Source: Acidobacteriota bacterium | Lineage (GTDB): Bacteria > Acidobacteriota > Thermoanaerobaculia > Gp7-AA8 | Length of the DNA stretch: 64,000 nt | Reading direction: 5' to 3' | Assembly: GCA_019244185.1 (NCBI GenBank) | Contig: JAFATB010000006.1 | Location: forward strand, 352,001 to 416,000 | In this document: positions 1 to 9,226 of the stretch, one piece after another | Numbering within the stretch: the first letter of the stretch is position 1 | Layout of the letters: every line of letters starts with the position of its first letter | The notes under the pieces: model-generated | The model's database searches: none | Told to the model about the DNA's origin: nothing | The model's input: the letters and a program-made list of their open reading frames with translations, nothing else | Position numbers and translations under genes: made by a program

Positions 1-429
1 CGTGTGTCCCGTCGGCGCGGTGTCGACGACGACGAGCGCACCGGCGTTCTGCTCAACCAGCTCGCCGATGCGCATCCACGCCATCAGCTCGTCGATGCCG
101 GGCAGCGCGAGCTCCATCAGCCGCCGCAGTTCGTCGCGATCGAGGTACGTGCCGCGGTCGGCGATGGTCAGGAACGACTCGAGATGCTCGCCGAGAAAAC
201 GCGCGTAGAGCGCGCGGGCATCGAGCGACTCGATGGTGAGATTCGGCGGCGGCGACGACGTGAAATCGCCGAGGTTCGAGGCGGGATCGGTCGTGAAGAG
301 GATGGTAGGGCGCGAGTCGGAGTAATGCAGCGCGGCCGCGGTCGAGAGCGTGGTCTTGCCGACGCCGCCTTTGCCGCCGAAGAGCACCACGCGGCGCGAC
401 GCGAGCTCGTCGAGCTCGGAGAGGATCAT
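1..429 (-). CDS. ArsA/Get3(TRC40)-family ATPase, N-terminal part (continues beyond window start)
   Basis: Not in the ORF track; translated manually from ATG 429: MILSELDELASRRVVLFGGKGGVGKTT...TDPASNLGD...LPGIDELMA...VVVDTAPTGHT (deviant Walker A, switch I, PGIDE and DTAPTGH motifs). ATGA overlap with the gvpG stop. Confidence 0.9.
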   Translation of the reverse strand, partial: MILSELDELASRRVVLFGGKGGVGKTTLSTAAALHYSDSRPTILFTTDPASNLGDFTSSPPPNLTIESLDARALYARFLGEHLESFLTIADRGTYLDRDELRRLMELALPGIDELMAWMRIGELVEQNAGALVVVDTAPTGHT

Positions 430-749
430 CGGTCGCCGTAGCCGGTGTAGATCCCGATGCCGCCTTCGTCTTCGTCGCGCTCGGCCGCGTACTGGCGCGT
501 GATCGCCTCGCGGCGCGCGCGGATGTCGCGCAGCGCCTGAAACACGATCGCTTCCTCGCGCGTGTACTCCTCTTCCGTGAGCTCGCCGAGCTCGAGCTGC
601 ATCTGCAGCTCGATCAGCCGTTCCTTCCACGGCTGATCGTTCATCAGTTCCTCATCCGCCATCTTCTGGATCGTGTTCATGACCCACCGAAAGCCCGCGA
701 TCGGGCCTTTCAGCGGGAGCATGAGGATGTCGTCGAGGAGAAACGCCAT
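426..749 (-). CDS. gvpG: Gas vesicle protein GvpG
   Basis: 107 aa: MAFLLDDILMLPLKG..GFRWV..IQKMADEEL..LIELQMQLELGELTEEEY, a typical GvpG pattern. Start overlaps the upstream stop (TGATG). Confidence 0.85.
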   Translation of the reverse strand: MAFLLDDILMLPLKGPIAGFRWVMNTIQKMADEELMNDQPWKERLIELQMQLELGELTEEEYTREEAIVFQALRDIRARREAITRQYAAERDEDEGGIGIYTGYGDR

Positions 750-1543
750 CAGCGTTCTGCTCTCTCCAGTTTGAGCCGGATGTTCACGAAGTTGTACGGC
801 GGCCACGGCCCCGTGTAGAGGAACGAGAGCTTGTTCTCGTACTTTTTCGCGATGTCGGAGATCTGATCGTCGAAGGCTTTGGTCTTGTCGCGCTCGACGA
901 GGAACGCGGCGTTCATGATCATCTTGTCGCCGATCGGCTTGTTCGACCGCGACGCGATCGCGGCGTCGCGCAGCGCCTCGTAGATCTCGGTCACGTACAG
1001 ATCGGCCTTCGCCTGCAGCGCGGACTCGACGACGCGCCCGAGCTGCATGCGCGAGAAGTACGTGGAGGTCGACGTCGACGACTGGATCTCTTCCTTCAGC
1101 CGCCGGATCTCCTCGTTCTCGTTTTCGATCTCTTTGACGACCTGGTCTTTGTCCCAGTTCACCTTGAGACCGAACTCGATCTTCCCTTCCATCTTCTGCA
1201 GCACGTCGCTGAGCGCCTCGTAGGTGCCTTTGAGGAACTCTTTGATGTCGTTCTCGGTGCGGAAGACGGTGCCGAAGCTCATCGGCAGCACGGTGAAGTC
1301 CTTCATCACGAGCTCGTTGACGTGCTCGTGCGCGAGCGCGTTCTCACGCGTCGGATCGAACACGATCAGCGGACAGTTCGACACGACCGCCGCGAACTCG
1401 CGGTAGTGAACGGTGTGAACTTTGTCGCCGCGCCCGCCGATGCCGACCGTGCCGAAGTCGCGCGGCGTCTCGGTTTTGATGATGCAGTAAACGTATTTGC
1501 CCTGTTCGGTATCGGAATCAGTTCCCTGAAGCTGCTCGCTCAT
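749..1543 (-). CDS. Gas vesicle protein, GvpL/GvpF family
   Basis: GKYVYCII, AHEHV, TVLPMSFGTVF, EFGLKV, NAAFLV and YTGPWPPYNF motifs. ATG 1543 is preceded by GAGGGCAGG. Confidence 0.92.
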   Translation of the reverse strand: MSEQLQGTDSDTEQGKYVYCIIKTETPRDFGTVGIGGRGDKVHTVHYREFAAVVSNCPLIVFDPTRENALAHEHVNELVMKDFTVLPMSFGTVFRTENDIKEFLKGTYEALSDVLQKMEGKIEFGLKVNWDKDQVVKEIENENEEIRRLKEEIQSSTSTSTYFSRMQLGRVVESALQAKADLYVTEIYEALRDAAIASRSNKPIGDKMIMNAAFLVERDKTKAFDDQISDIAKKYENKLSFLYTGPWPPYNFVNIRLKLERAER

Positions 1544-1583
1544 CCTGCCCTCGATGACGTTCGCAGAATACAATAACGCCACG

Positions 1584-2603
1584 TTGCAAGCCCCAGACCC
1601 CGGTCAAATCGCGCGCCGCCTCGAACGCTGGTTCGCGCGCCACCAGCGGCCCCTCCCCTGGCGCAACGGCTACGACCCGTACCACGTGTGGGTCTCCGAG
1701 GTGATGCTGCAGCAGACTCGGATGGAAGTGGTGCTGCCGTATTTCGAGCGCTTCGTGGCGCGCTTCCCGACGCTGCAGGCGCTCGCCGGCGCGACCGAAC
1801 AGGAAGTGCTCGCGGCGTGGTCGGGCCTCGGCTACTACCGGCGCGCGAAGATGCTGCGCGCGGGCGCGATCGAAGTCGTCGCGCGCTTCGGCGGCACCGT
1901 CCCGTCGACCGTCGACGAGCTGCTGACCATCCCCGGCATCGGCCGCTACACCGCCGGCGCGATCGCGTCGGTCGCGTGGAACCGGCACGCGCCGATCGTC
2001 GACGGCAACGTGGCGCGCATCGTCTCGCGCCTCTTCGCCATCGAGCACTCGCTCGGCACGCCCGCGCTGATGAACGCCGCGTGGCAGCGCGCGACGGAGC
2101 TCGTCGATGCGTGCAAGACGCCGCGCGCGTTCAATCAGGGGCTGATGGAAGTCGGCGCGCTCGTCTGCAAGCCGCGCAATCCGTCGTGCCTGCTCTGTCC
2201 CGTCGCGAACGATTGCGTCGCGCGCGCGACCGGCCGCGCCGGCGAGCTGCCGCGGCCGAAGGTGAAAGCGGAGACGCGCGAGCTCAGCATCGCGTTATAT
2301 CTCATCACCGATCGCAAGGGACGCGTGCTCATGCGCCGCGAGTCGGGACCGCTGATGAACGCGATGTATCACCTGCCGCACGGCGACACCTCGCTCCTCA
2401 CCGGCTCGCCGCTCGCCGCCGCGCGCGGCGAGCTCCTCGGCACGTTCCGCCATACCGTGACCACGCGGCGCATCGAGTTCTCGGTCTACGCGGGAGCGGT
2501 GAAGCAGCATCCGCGCGGCGAGTACGCGTGGATCGATCCCGAGGCGCTGCACGACGTTCCGCATCCGTCGTACGTACGAAAAGCGTTGCGGTGGCTTCCT
2601 TAG
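1584..2603 (+). CDS. mutY: A/G-specific adenine glycosylase MutY
   Basis: WVSEVMLQQT, GLGYYRRA, HhH IPGIGRYTAGAI, VDGNV, 4Fe-4S CKPRNPSCLLCPVANDC. TTG 1584 chosen (TACAAT 9 nt upstream); ATG 1554 is the alternative. Confidence 0.95.
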   Translation: MQAPDPGQIARRLERWFARHQRPLPWRNGYDPYHVWVSEVMLQQTRMEVVLPYFERFVARFPTLQALAGATEQEVLAAWSGLGYYRRAKMLRAGAIEVVARFGGTVPSTVDELLTIPGIGRYTAGAIASVAWNRHAPIVDGNVARIVSRLFAIEHSLGTPALMNAAWQRATELVDACKTPRAFNQGLMEVGALVCKPRNPSCLLCPVANDCVARATGRAGELPRPKVKAETRELSIALYLITDRKGRVLMRRESGPLMNAMYHLPHGDTSLLTGSPLAAARGELLGTFRHTVTTRRIEFSVYAGAVKQHPRGEYAWIDPEALHDVPHPSYVRKALRWLP

Positions 2604-2626
2604 TGTCCCGCTAAACTGGAGGACAA

Positions 2627-5302
2627 ATGCGCGGGTGTGTGAAAGCGGTCCTTCTTCTCCTCGTCCTGCTCCTGGCCGTTCCCGTCTTCCCGCAGTGCAA
2701 CTGGACGCCGCGCTACAGTGGCGCGTTCCGTGAGACCGTCTACGACGTCTCGCCCGACGCGGGGAACAGCGTCTGGATCGCCACCGGCTACGGCGTCGAA
2801 GTGCGCGATGCGGACGGCGTGCTCGCGGCGCGCGCGCTCCCCGGCTCGACGCGCGTCGTGCGCGCCATCGGAAACAACGTCGCGTACGCAGGCAGCGGCG
2901 CGCGGCTGTACGTCCTGCGCCGCAGCGGCAGCGCGATCGACATCGTGCGCACGCTCGACGCCGGCGGCACCGTCAACGATCTCCTCGTAGCGCCGCCGTA
3001 CTTTTTCCTCGCCACCAGCGCGGGACTCTTCCACTACGACTTCTTCGATGCGACGAACCCGCAGCGCGCGCCGTTCACGCTGCCGACGTCGTCGCCGAAC
3101 GTCACCTCGCTCGCCTCCGCGGCGGACAAGCTCTACGCCGCCGACGGCGACAGCACGGTCGAGGTCTTCTCGATCGCCTCGCCCGCGTTCCCGCAGCACG
3201 TGGCAACGCTCGACAGCGTCGCGCGCGCGTCGTCGGTGTACGCGTCGGCGGATGACCTGCTGTTCGTCTCCGACAAGTTCGGGCAGAGCACCGATCTCTT
3301 TCAGTCGAACGTGAAGATCAAGACGTTGACCACCGGCGCGACGTCGGTGGCGCCCGCGGGTCCGGGCGAGTGGTTTCTCGCCGGTCCCGACCGCACGCTC
3401 CGCGCGTTCGATCTCACCGCGCTCGAGCGCATCGCGCAGACGTTCGAGACCACGTTCGCGGCGTCCGGCGGCAACGGCGACAACACCATCCACCGCCTCG
3501 TCCGCTCCGGCGACACGCTCTACGTCGCCGCCGGCGACCTCGGCCTGCTCACGCTCGACGCGTCCGCGCTCACGCATCCGTATCCGCTCGTCAGCTACGC
3601 CACCGGCGCGACCACGTCCGCCATCATCGCCGGCGGCAAGGCGTACTTCACGAACGCCGCGGGAACGATCGCGGAATACGCCATCGACGCGAACGGCATC
3701 GCCCTGACGCCGCAACGCACGTGGACGACCATCGCCGGCGCCACGCTGCAGGATCAGGAGACGGTCAAGTTGTTGACTGCCGCCGGCGCGACCGCGACGC
3801 TCTGGTCGCTCGACGCGCAGACCCCGACCGCCGCGCTCACCGTCGCGTTCCGCACGACCATTCGGTCGGCAGTGCTGCGCGGCAACACGATCGTCGCACT
3901 GCTCACCGACGGCTCGCTCTGGACCGCGACGGACGCGACGCCGCATCTCGTCGACATCGGAGCATCGGTCGCACAGCTCGCGCGCTCCGGCGACGCCATC
4001 GCACTGGCCGTGGTGAAGGACGAGCGCACGACGGACGTCCGCTACTACGCGACCGGCGACTTCACCGCGCCGACGCGCACGTACAACGTCGACGGCGTGG
4101 TCTCCGCGCCGCTCGCGCTCGACGCCACGCGCGCCGCCGTCTTTACCTATCGCATCAACGTCATCGACCTCGGCAGCGGCGCGACCCGCGCGCTCGCCGG
4201 CTCCGACGGCTTCATCCCGCGCGGTCTCGCCTTCGCCGGCAGCGACCTCCTCGTGCTCTCGCCGCAGACGCTCGACGTCTGGACGAACGCGCAGACGCTC
4301 GCGCGCAGCCAGCCGCTGCCCGGCGGCGCAAACGCGTTCGCGGGCGCCGCGCCGATCAGCGTCGTCGCGGGCGCCGCCGGCCCGATCGCCATCCGTCCGC
4401 TCGCGCCGCTGCCGCAGCCGGTCGCGCTGCTGCGCAACCAGTTCCCGACCAACGCCGTCATCGGCGGCAATCGGCTCTACCTCCAATCCGACGACCGCAT
4501 CGACATCTACGCGATCGGGACGTCCGTCGCGCCGGTGTACGTCAGCAGCATCCGCTCGGTCGGCGCGTTCGACATCGCGGCGACGAGCGACCGCTTCTTC
4601 ACGCTCTCCGGCAGCGGCACCGTTACCGCGTACTCGACCTCAGGCGCGCTGCTCGCGCAGACGACCATCGACGAAGGCGCCGACGCGCAGCCGCGCGGCA
4701 TCACCACCGCCGGCAACGCGGTGTGGGTCTCGCTGACGAAAGGCTTTCTCACCGGGCAGTCGCAGAAGAAGACGCTCGTCCTCGATCCGCTCTCGCTCGC
4801 CGTCACCGCGTCGCTGAACGGCGGCACGACCGACGTCGTGACGTCCGGCGCGCGCGCGTACGCGCTCTTCTCGCTGCCGGACGAAGTGCGCGTGCTCGAT
4901 CTCGCCGATCCGCTGCATCCCGCGCAACTCGCGTCCGTGAAAGCGCCGGCGAACGCGCTGTCGGTGTCGTACGCGAACAACAACGTCTACATCCTCGCGG
5001 ATCGCATCTACGCCTTCAGCGAGTCGACGCTCGCCGCGAACGGCACGTTCCTGCAAGCCGTCGCCACGACCGGCGCGCAGCTTCGCATCGACGGCGGCTG
5101 CGCGGCGGTCGTCGGACGCGACGCGGCGGTCGATCTTTACGCCGCGAGCACGTGGACGAGCGCGTCCGCGCCGGAGCTGCCGTCGACGCCGCGCGTGCTC
5201 GCGTCCGCGCCCGGCCGGCTCTACGTGCTCACGGATCACTCGATCGAGGTCTGGACACAGACGTCCACGCCGCCGCCCGAGCGGCGCCACAGCGTGCGCT
5301 GA
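2627..5302 (+). CDS. Large secreted beta-propeller-like (LVIVD-repeat-like) protein
   Basis: Signal peptide, GGAGG RBS, repeated beta-strand units (LYAADG..VEVF, LYVAAGDLGL, VRVLDLADPLHP); ends PPPERRHSVR. Confidence 0.7.
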   Translation: MRGCVKAVLLLLVLLLAVPVFPQCNWTPRYSGAFRETVYDVSPDAGNSVWIATGYGVEVRDADGVLAARALPGSTRVVRAIGNNVAYAGSGARLYVLRRSGSAIDIVRTLDAGGTVNDLLVAPPYFFLATSAGLFHYDFFDATNPQRAPFTLPTSSPNVTSLASAADKLYAADGDSTVEVFSIASPAFPQHVATLDSVARASSVYASADDLLFVSDKFGQSTDLFQSNVKIKTLTTGATSVAPAGPGEWFLAGPDRTLRAFDLTALERIAQTFETTFAASGGNGDNTIHRLVRSGDTLYVAAGDLGLLTLDASALTHPYPLVSYATGATTSAIIAGGKAYFTNAAGTIAEYAIDANGIALTPQRTWTTIAGATLQDQETVKLLTAAGATATLWSLDAQTPTAALTVAFRTTIRSAVLRGNTIVALLTDGSLWTATDATPHLVDIGASVAQLARSGDAIALAVVKDERTTDVRYYATGDFTAPTRTYNVDGVVSAPLALDATRAAVFTYRINVIDLGSGATRALAGSDGFIPRGLAFAGSDLLVLSPQTLDVWTNAQTLARSQPLPGGANAFAGAAPISVVAGAAGPIAIRPLAPLPQPVALLRNQFPTNAVIGGNRLYLQSDDRIDIYAIGTSVAPVYVSSIRSVGAFDIAATSDRFFTLSGSGTVTAYSTSGALLAQTTIDEGADAQPRGITTAGNAVWVSLTKGFLTGQSQKKTLVLDPLSLAVTASLNGGTTDVVTSGARAYALFSLPDEVRVLDLADPLHPAQLASVKAPANALSVSYANNNVYILADRIYAFSESTLAANGTFLQAVATTGAQLRIDGGCAAVVGRDAAVDLYAASTWTSASAPELPSTPRVLASAPGRLYVLTDHSIEVWTQTSTPPPERRHSVR

Positions 5303-6060
5303 TGCCGAAGGTCGCGCTCACGTCCGACGAACACGCGTGGCGCATCACGCTCGACGCGCCGCCGCTGCACATTCTCGACATCGCGCTGCTCGAAGAGCTG
5401 CGCGACGCGCTCGCGCGCGTGACGCCCGATCGCCACGCGCTCGTCATCGCCGCCTCCGGCGACCGCGCCTTTTCCGCCGGCGCATCCGTGCAGGACCACC
5501 TCGGCGATCGCGTCGCGACGATGCTGCGCGTCTTTCACGACTGCTTCCGCGCGCTCGCGCGTCTCGACCTCGTCACCGTCGCGCTCGTGCGCGGCGCCGC
5601 GCTCGGCGGCGGCTGCGAGCTCGCCCTCGCGTGCGACTTCGTGCTCGCCTCCGACCGCGCGCGCTTCGGCCAGCCCGAGATCGCCCTCGGCGTCTTCCCG
5701 CCCGTCGCCGCCTACCAGCTCTCGCGCCAGCTCCCGCCGCGCAAGGGTCTCGAGCTGCTGCTCACGGGCGATGCAATCGACGCCGCGCGCGCGGAACAGC
5801 TCGGCCTCGTCAATGTTGTCTTCACCGACGCGGAGTTCGACGCGCACGCAAACGCGTGGCTCGAACGCCTCTATCGGCACAGCGCGTCGTCGGTGCGTTT
5901 GGCGAAGAAAGCGTTCCGCCTCGCGCAGGCGGACGAGTTCGAAGCGCGGCTCGCCGCGACGGAGCGTCTCTATCTCGACGAGCTCGCGCGGACGCACGAT
6001 GCGAATGAGGGATTGAACGCGTTTCTCGAGAAACGAAGCGCGCGCTGGGAGGGGCGCTAG
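5302..6060 (+). CDS. Enoyl-CoA hydratase/isomerase (crotonase), resembling cyclohexadienecarbonyl-CoA hydratase
   Basis: AFSAGASVQDH, ALGGGCELALACD, FGQPEIALGVFPP, EGLNAFLEKR. TGATG overlap with the upstream gene. Confidence 0.88.
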   Translation: MPKVALTSDEHAWRITLDAPPLHILDIALLEELRDALARVTPDRHALVIAASGDRAFSAGASVQDHLGDRVATMLRVFHDCFRALARLDLVTVALVRGAALGGGCELALACDFVLASDRARFGQPEIALGVFPPVAAYQLSRQLPPRKGLELLLTGDAIDAARAEQLGLVNVVFTDAEFDAHANAWLERLYRHSASSVRLAKKAFRLAQADEFEARLAATERLYLDELARTHDANEGLNAFLEKRSARWEGR

Positions 6061-6447
6061 TTACTGTTGTTCGAACGCGATGGTCGTGTTCGCGTCGACT
6101 TTCACCATGATCTTCTTCGACGGCACGATCGCCGTCGCGAACCACGCGATGAGCACCACGCCCGAGCTCTTGCCGTCACAGCCGACGGGCATCGGGCGCA
6201 CGACCTTCAGATCGCCGAACTGCTTCGCGATCGTCTTGCCGTGGTCATCGACCCACTCCAGCGGCGGCGCCTGCCGCTTGCCGATCGTGTCGGCGAGCAG
6301 CTGTGCTTCCTGAAACGTGAGCCTGCCGGTCAGCAGCGTCACGACCTGAATGTGGCGCTCGGTGCGGCTGACGAAACGATTGACGCACGCGGCCGGGAGC
6401 GACTGCGCGAACAGACAGAGAGCGAGCAAGAAAGCGGCGATTTTCAT
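6061..6447 (-). CDS. Small secreted hypothetical protein (128 aa, two Cys in mature part)
   Basis: MKIAAFLLALCLFAQSLPAA signal peptide; AGGA RBS; ATGA overlap with the upstream gene. Confidence 0.65.
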   Translation of the reverse strand: MKIAAFLLALCLFAQSLPAACVNRFVSRTERHIQVVTLLTGRLTFQEAQLLADTIGKRQAPPLEWVDDHGKTIAKQFGDLKVVRPMPVGCDGKSSGVVLIAWFATAIVPSKKIMVKVDANTTIAFEQQ

Positions 6448-7157
6448 GTTCCTGGCAACCGAAGCGGACGTAACGGTTGGCGCCATTGTGCCTCGTTCCC
6501 GGCGAAAGGCCAAACGAAGCCCGTGCGCGCGTACGCCGCCGCGAGCGCGCCGATCGTGAGGAGCAACAGCACGACCAGCGGCGCGACCGCCTCGCGCAGT
6601 TCGACGCGTGTCAGCTGCTCGAAGCGCGATTTCACCGGCGCGAGCGCCGCAACGAACGCAATCACGGCCAATGTCGCCGCCGGCCAAAACGTCGCCCACG
6701 CGCGCAGCGCGAAGCCCAGACCGGCGAACGCGATCGCGCACGGCACGACGCGCAGCAGCCAGAGCTCGACGCGCGTCAGCAGCCGCACGTCGTAGACATT
6801 CGCGAGCATCGCCAGCGCGCGCCGCTCGAACGCGAACGCCGAGGCCGCGCCGAGAAACGCGACGACCAGCGCGACCGCCGACGCATCGCTCGCCGCGTAA
6901 CGCACGCACGGCACGATCGCCAGCGTCTCCGCCAGCACGAACGCCCAATGCCGCGCCGCCAGCGCAGGATGCGACGGCCACAGATGCGCCACCGCCTGCG
7001 CGAGCACGAGCGCGATCAACGCCGCGGTCACCGGCGCCGCGAAGCGCGCCAGCGCCGTCACGATCGACGTCGCGATGAAGAACTGCGCAAACGCGACGAC
7101 CGCCAGCCGCCACGCGGCGGGACGCGGCCGGGAGTCGAACGCGTGAGAGTCGTACAC
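6444..7157 (-). CDS. Hypothetical polytopic membrane protein
   Basis: About 7 hydrophobic segments; coupled to the downstream gene. Start uncertain (GTG 7157, or 7196). Confidence 0.6.
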   Translation of the reverse strand: MYDSHAFDSRPRPAAWRLAVVAFAQFFIATSIVTALARFAAPVTAALIALVLAQAVAHLWPSHPALAARHWAFVLAETLAIVPCVRYAASDASAVALVVAFLGAASAFAFERRALAMLANVYDVRLLTRVELWLLRVVPCAIAFAGLGFALRAWATFWPAATLAVIAFVAALAPVKSRFEQLTRVELREAVAPLVVLLLLTIGALAAAYARTGFVWPFAGNEAQWRQPLRPLRLPGT

Positions 7158-7245
7158 GCGCGCCGAAGTCTGCACGCAACTCTGCGCGGCGCGCAACGTA
7201 CATCACTCTGGGTGCGGCCGGGCGCGCGAGGCGCCGTGTGTCATC

Positions 7246-9222
7246 ATGACCGAGATGGAGCGACTTCCGGGCGCGCAGCCTCCGGAACCGAAACGGCGCG
7301 GCGTTTCGCCGGCGTTCGTGGTGTGGCTGATCGGCATCGGCGCGATCGTCCTCATCAACTACATCCAGTCGCTCGCCGAGCGCTTTCACCGCTCCGTCCC
7401 CAACCTCGGCGTCCTCGAATTTTTCGCCTGGCTACTCGTCTGCTGCCTCACGCTCTACGGCCTCGCCCTCTTCACGCGCTGGTTCCTGCGCAAGCTCTTC
7501 TGGACCGTCGGCCGCCGCCTCTTCCTCAGCTACGTCATGATCGGCGTGCTGCCGTTCTTCCTCTTCGCCGTGCTGCTCGCCGCGATCCTCTACGTCATCG
7601 CCGGCGTCGCCAGCCAGCAGGCGTTCAAAGCCGAACGCCAGTCTTCCCTCGGCCAGCTCGAAGCGCTCAACGCCGACTACGCGCTGCAAGGCAAGCGGCC
7701 GCGCCTCGACGGCATCGAGATCTACGACACCGCCGACGGCTCCGCGAAGAAGCTTCCCGAATGGCTGCACGAGACGACGTACAGCGGCTTCGCGCTGCGC
7801 GCCGGCGTGCCGCTGCTCGTCTCTTCGCGCCAGTATCCGAACGGCCGCACGGTCGTCCTCGCGCTGCCGATGAACGAGCAGTGGGAGCGCGCGCTCGAGG
7901 AACGCGGCGGCATGGTCGTGTCGACGCGGCTCGCCTCGCAGGAAGGCCAAGGCTTCAACATCAGCGAAGGCGACTTCGGCGATTTCACGCGGCGCGGCGT
8001 CGGCTGGCGGCGCATCTTCTTCTACGACATCACCGAGCGCGGCGGCCTCATCGACTGGGAGAGCGGCGAGGCGAATCCGGAGAAACGCCTCTTCACCGCG
8101 ATCTCCAATCCGACCTCGAACCTCGTGCAGTTCTACTTCGGCGGCGCCACGAACTCGAAGATCATGCGCGCGATCTTCGGCATCATCCTCGGCCTCGCCA
8201 CGACGCTGATGCTCGCGTATCTCATCGCCACCGCCTTCGCCGCGGTGCTGATCTTCTCCATCTCCCGCGCCGTGAACCGCATCGAGAAAGGCACGCGTGC
8301 CGTCGAGCGCGGCGACTTCTCGTACCGCATCCGCATGAAGCGCCACAACCAGCTCGGCGCGATGGCACAGTCGTTCGACCGCATGACCGAGTCGATCGCC
8401 AGCCTCCTCGCCAGCGTGACCGAGAAGGAGCGTCTGCAGAGCGAGATCGAGATCGCGGCGTCGATCCAGCGCAACCTCCTGCCGAAGGAAGGGCCGCAGT
8501 TCCGCGGTGTGTCGTTCTCCGCGCACTTCGAGCCGACGGCGTCGATCGGCGGCGATTACTACGACGTCTTCAACATCGACAAGACGCGCCTCGCCGTCGC
8601 CATCGGCGACGTCTCCGGCCACGGCCTCTCCACCGGTCTCGTGATGGCCATGGTGAAAGCGGCGATCACGACGCTGGTCGAGGAAGGCGCCGACGAGGCG
8701 TCGCTCTTCCAGCGCCTCAACGAGCTCGTGTTCCGCTCGACTGAGCGCCGCGCGTTCATGACCCTCGCGTTCACGATCTTCGATCTCGAGCGCGGCACAA
8801 TCCGCCACACCAACGCCGGTCACCTCTATCCGTATCTCGTCCGGCGCGGCGTCGACACGCCGATCTCCATCGAGTCGCCGTCGCTCCCCCTGGGCGTGCG
8901 CAGCACGATGGCCGCGCAGACCGCGGAAGTCGATCTCAAGGAAGGCGACGCGATCGTCTATCTCTCCGACGGCATCGTCGAGGCGCAGGACGAGAACGGC
9001 GATCCCCTCGGCTTCGAACAGCTCGAACGCCTCCTCGCCGCGAACAGCGACCGCTCGCCGTCCGACCTCCGCGACGCGATCCTCGACGCCGTCGCACGCC
9101 ACTCCGGCACGCGCGCCGCCGACGACGACCGCACGGTGATGGTCATCCGCTTCGACAACCTCAAGTCCGCCGCGCCCGACGCGTCGGCGCTTGCGGTGAA
9201 CGGGGCCGCGCTCGTAACGTAG
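7246..9222 (+). CDS. Membrane PP2C/SpoIIE (RsbU-like) Ser/Thr phosphatase with HAMP domain
   Basis: TM helices, HAMP region (GDFSYRI..NQLGAMAQSFDRM), IGGDYYD, GDVSGHG, NAGH, SDGIVEA, DDRT. Confidence 0.92.
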   Translation: MTEMERLPGAQPPEPKRRGVSPAFVVWLIGIGAIVLINYIQSLAERFHRSVPNLGVLEFFAWLLVCCLTLYGLALFTRWFLRKLFWTVGRRLFLSYVMIGVLPFFLFAVLLAAILYVIAGVASQQAFKAERQSSLGQLEALNADYALQGKRPRLDGIEIYDTADGSAKKLPEWLHETTYSGFALRAGVPLLVSSRQYPNGRTVVLALPMNEQWERALEERGGMVVSTRLASQEGQGFNISEGDFGDFTRRGVGWRRIFFYDITERGGLIDWESGEANPEKRLFTAISNPTSNLVQFYFGGATNSKIMRAIFGIILGLATTLMLAYLIATAFAAVLIFSISRAVNRIEKGTRAVERGDFSYRIRMKRHNQLGAMAQSFDRMTESIASLLASVTEKERLQSEIEIAASIQRNLLPKEGPQFRGVSFSAHFEPTASIGGDYYDVFNIDKTRLAVAIGDVSGHGLSTGLVMAMVKAAITTLVEEGADEASLFQRLNELVFRSTERRAFMTLAFTIFDLERGTIRHTNAGHLYPYLVRRGVDTPISIESPSLPLGVRSTMAAQTAEVDLKEGDAIVYLSDGIVEAQDENGDPLGFEQLERLLAANSDRSPSDLRDAILDAVARHSGTRAADDDRTVMVIRFDNLKSAAPDASALAVNGAALVT

Positions 9223-9226
9223 CGGC

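Noticed and set aside
1-429. Arsenic-resistance operon
   Set aside because: No arsR/B/C/D nearby and the ATPase is coupled to gvp genes. The ArsB-superfamily transporter at 38 kb is unlinked.
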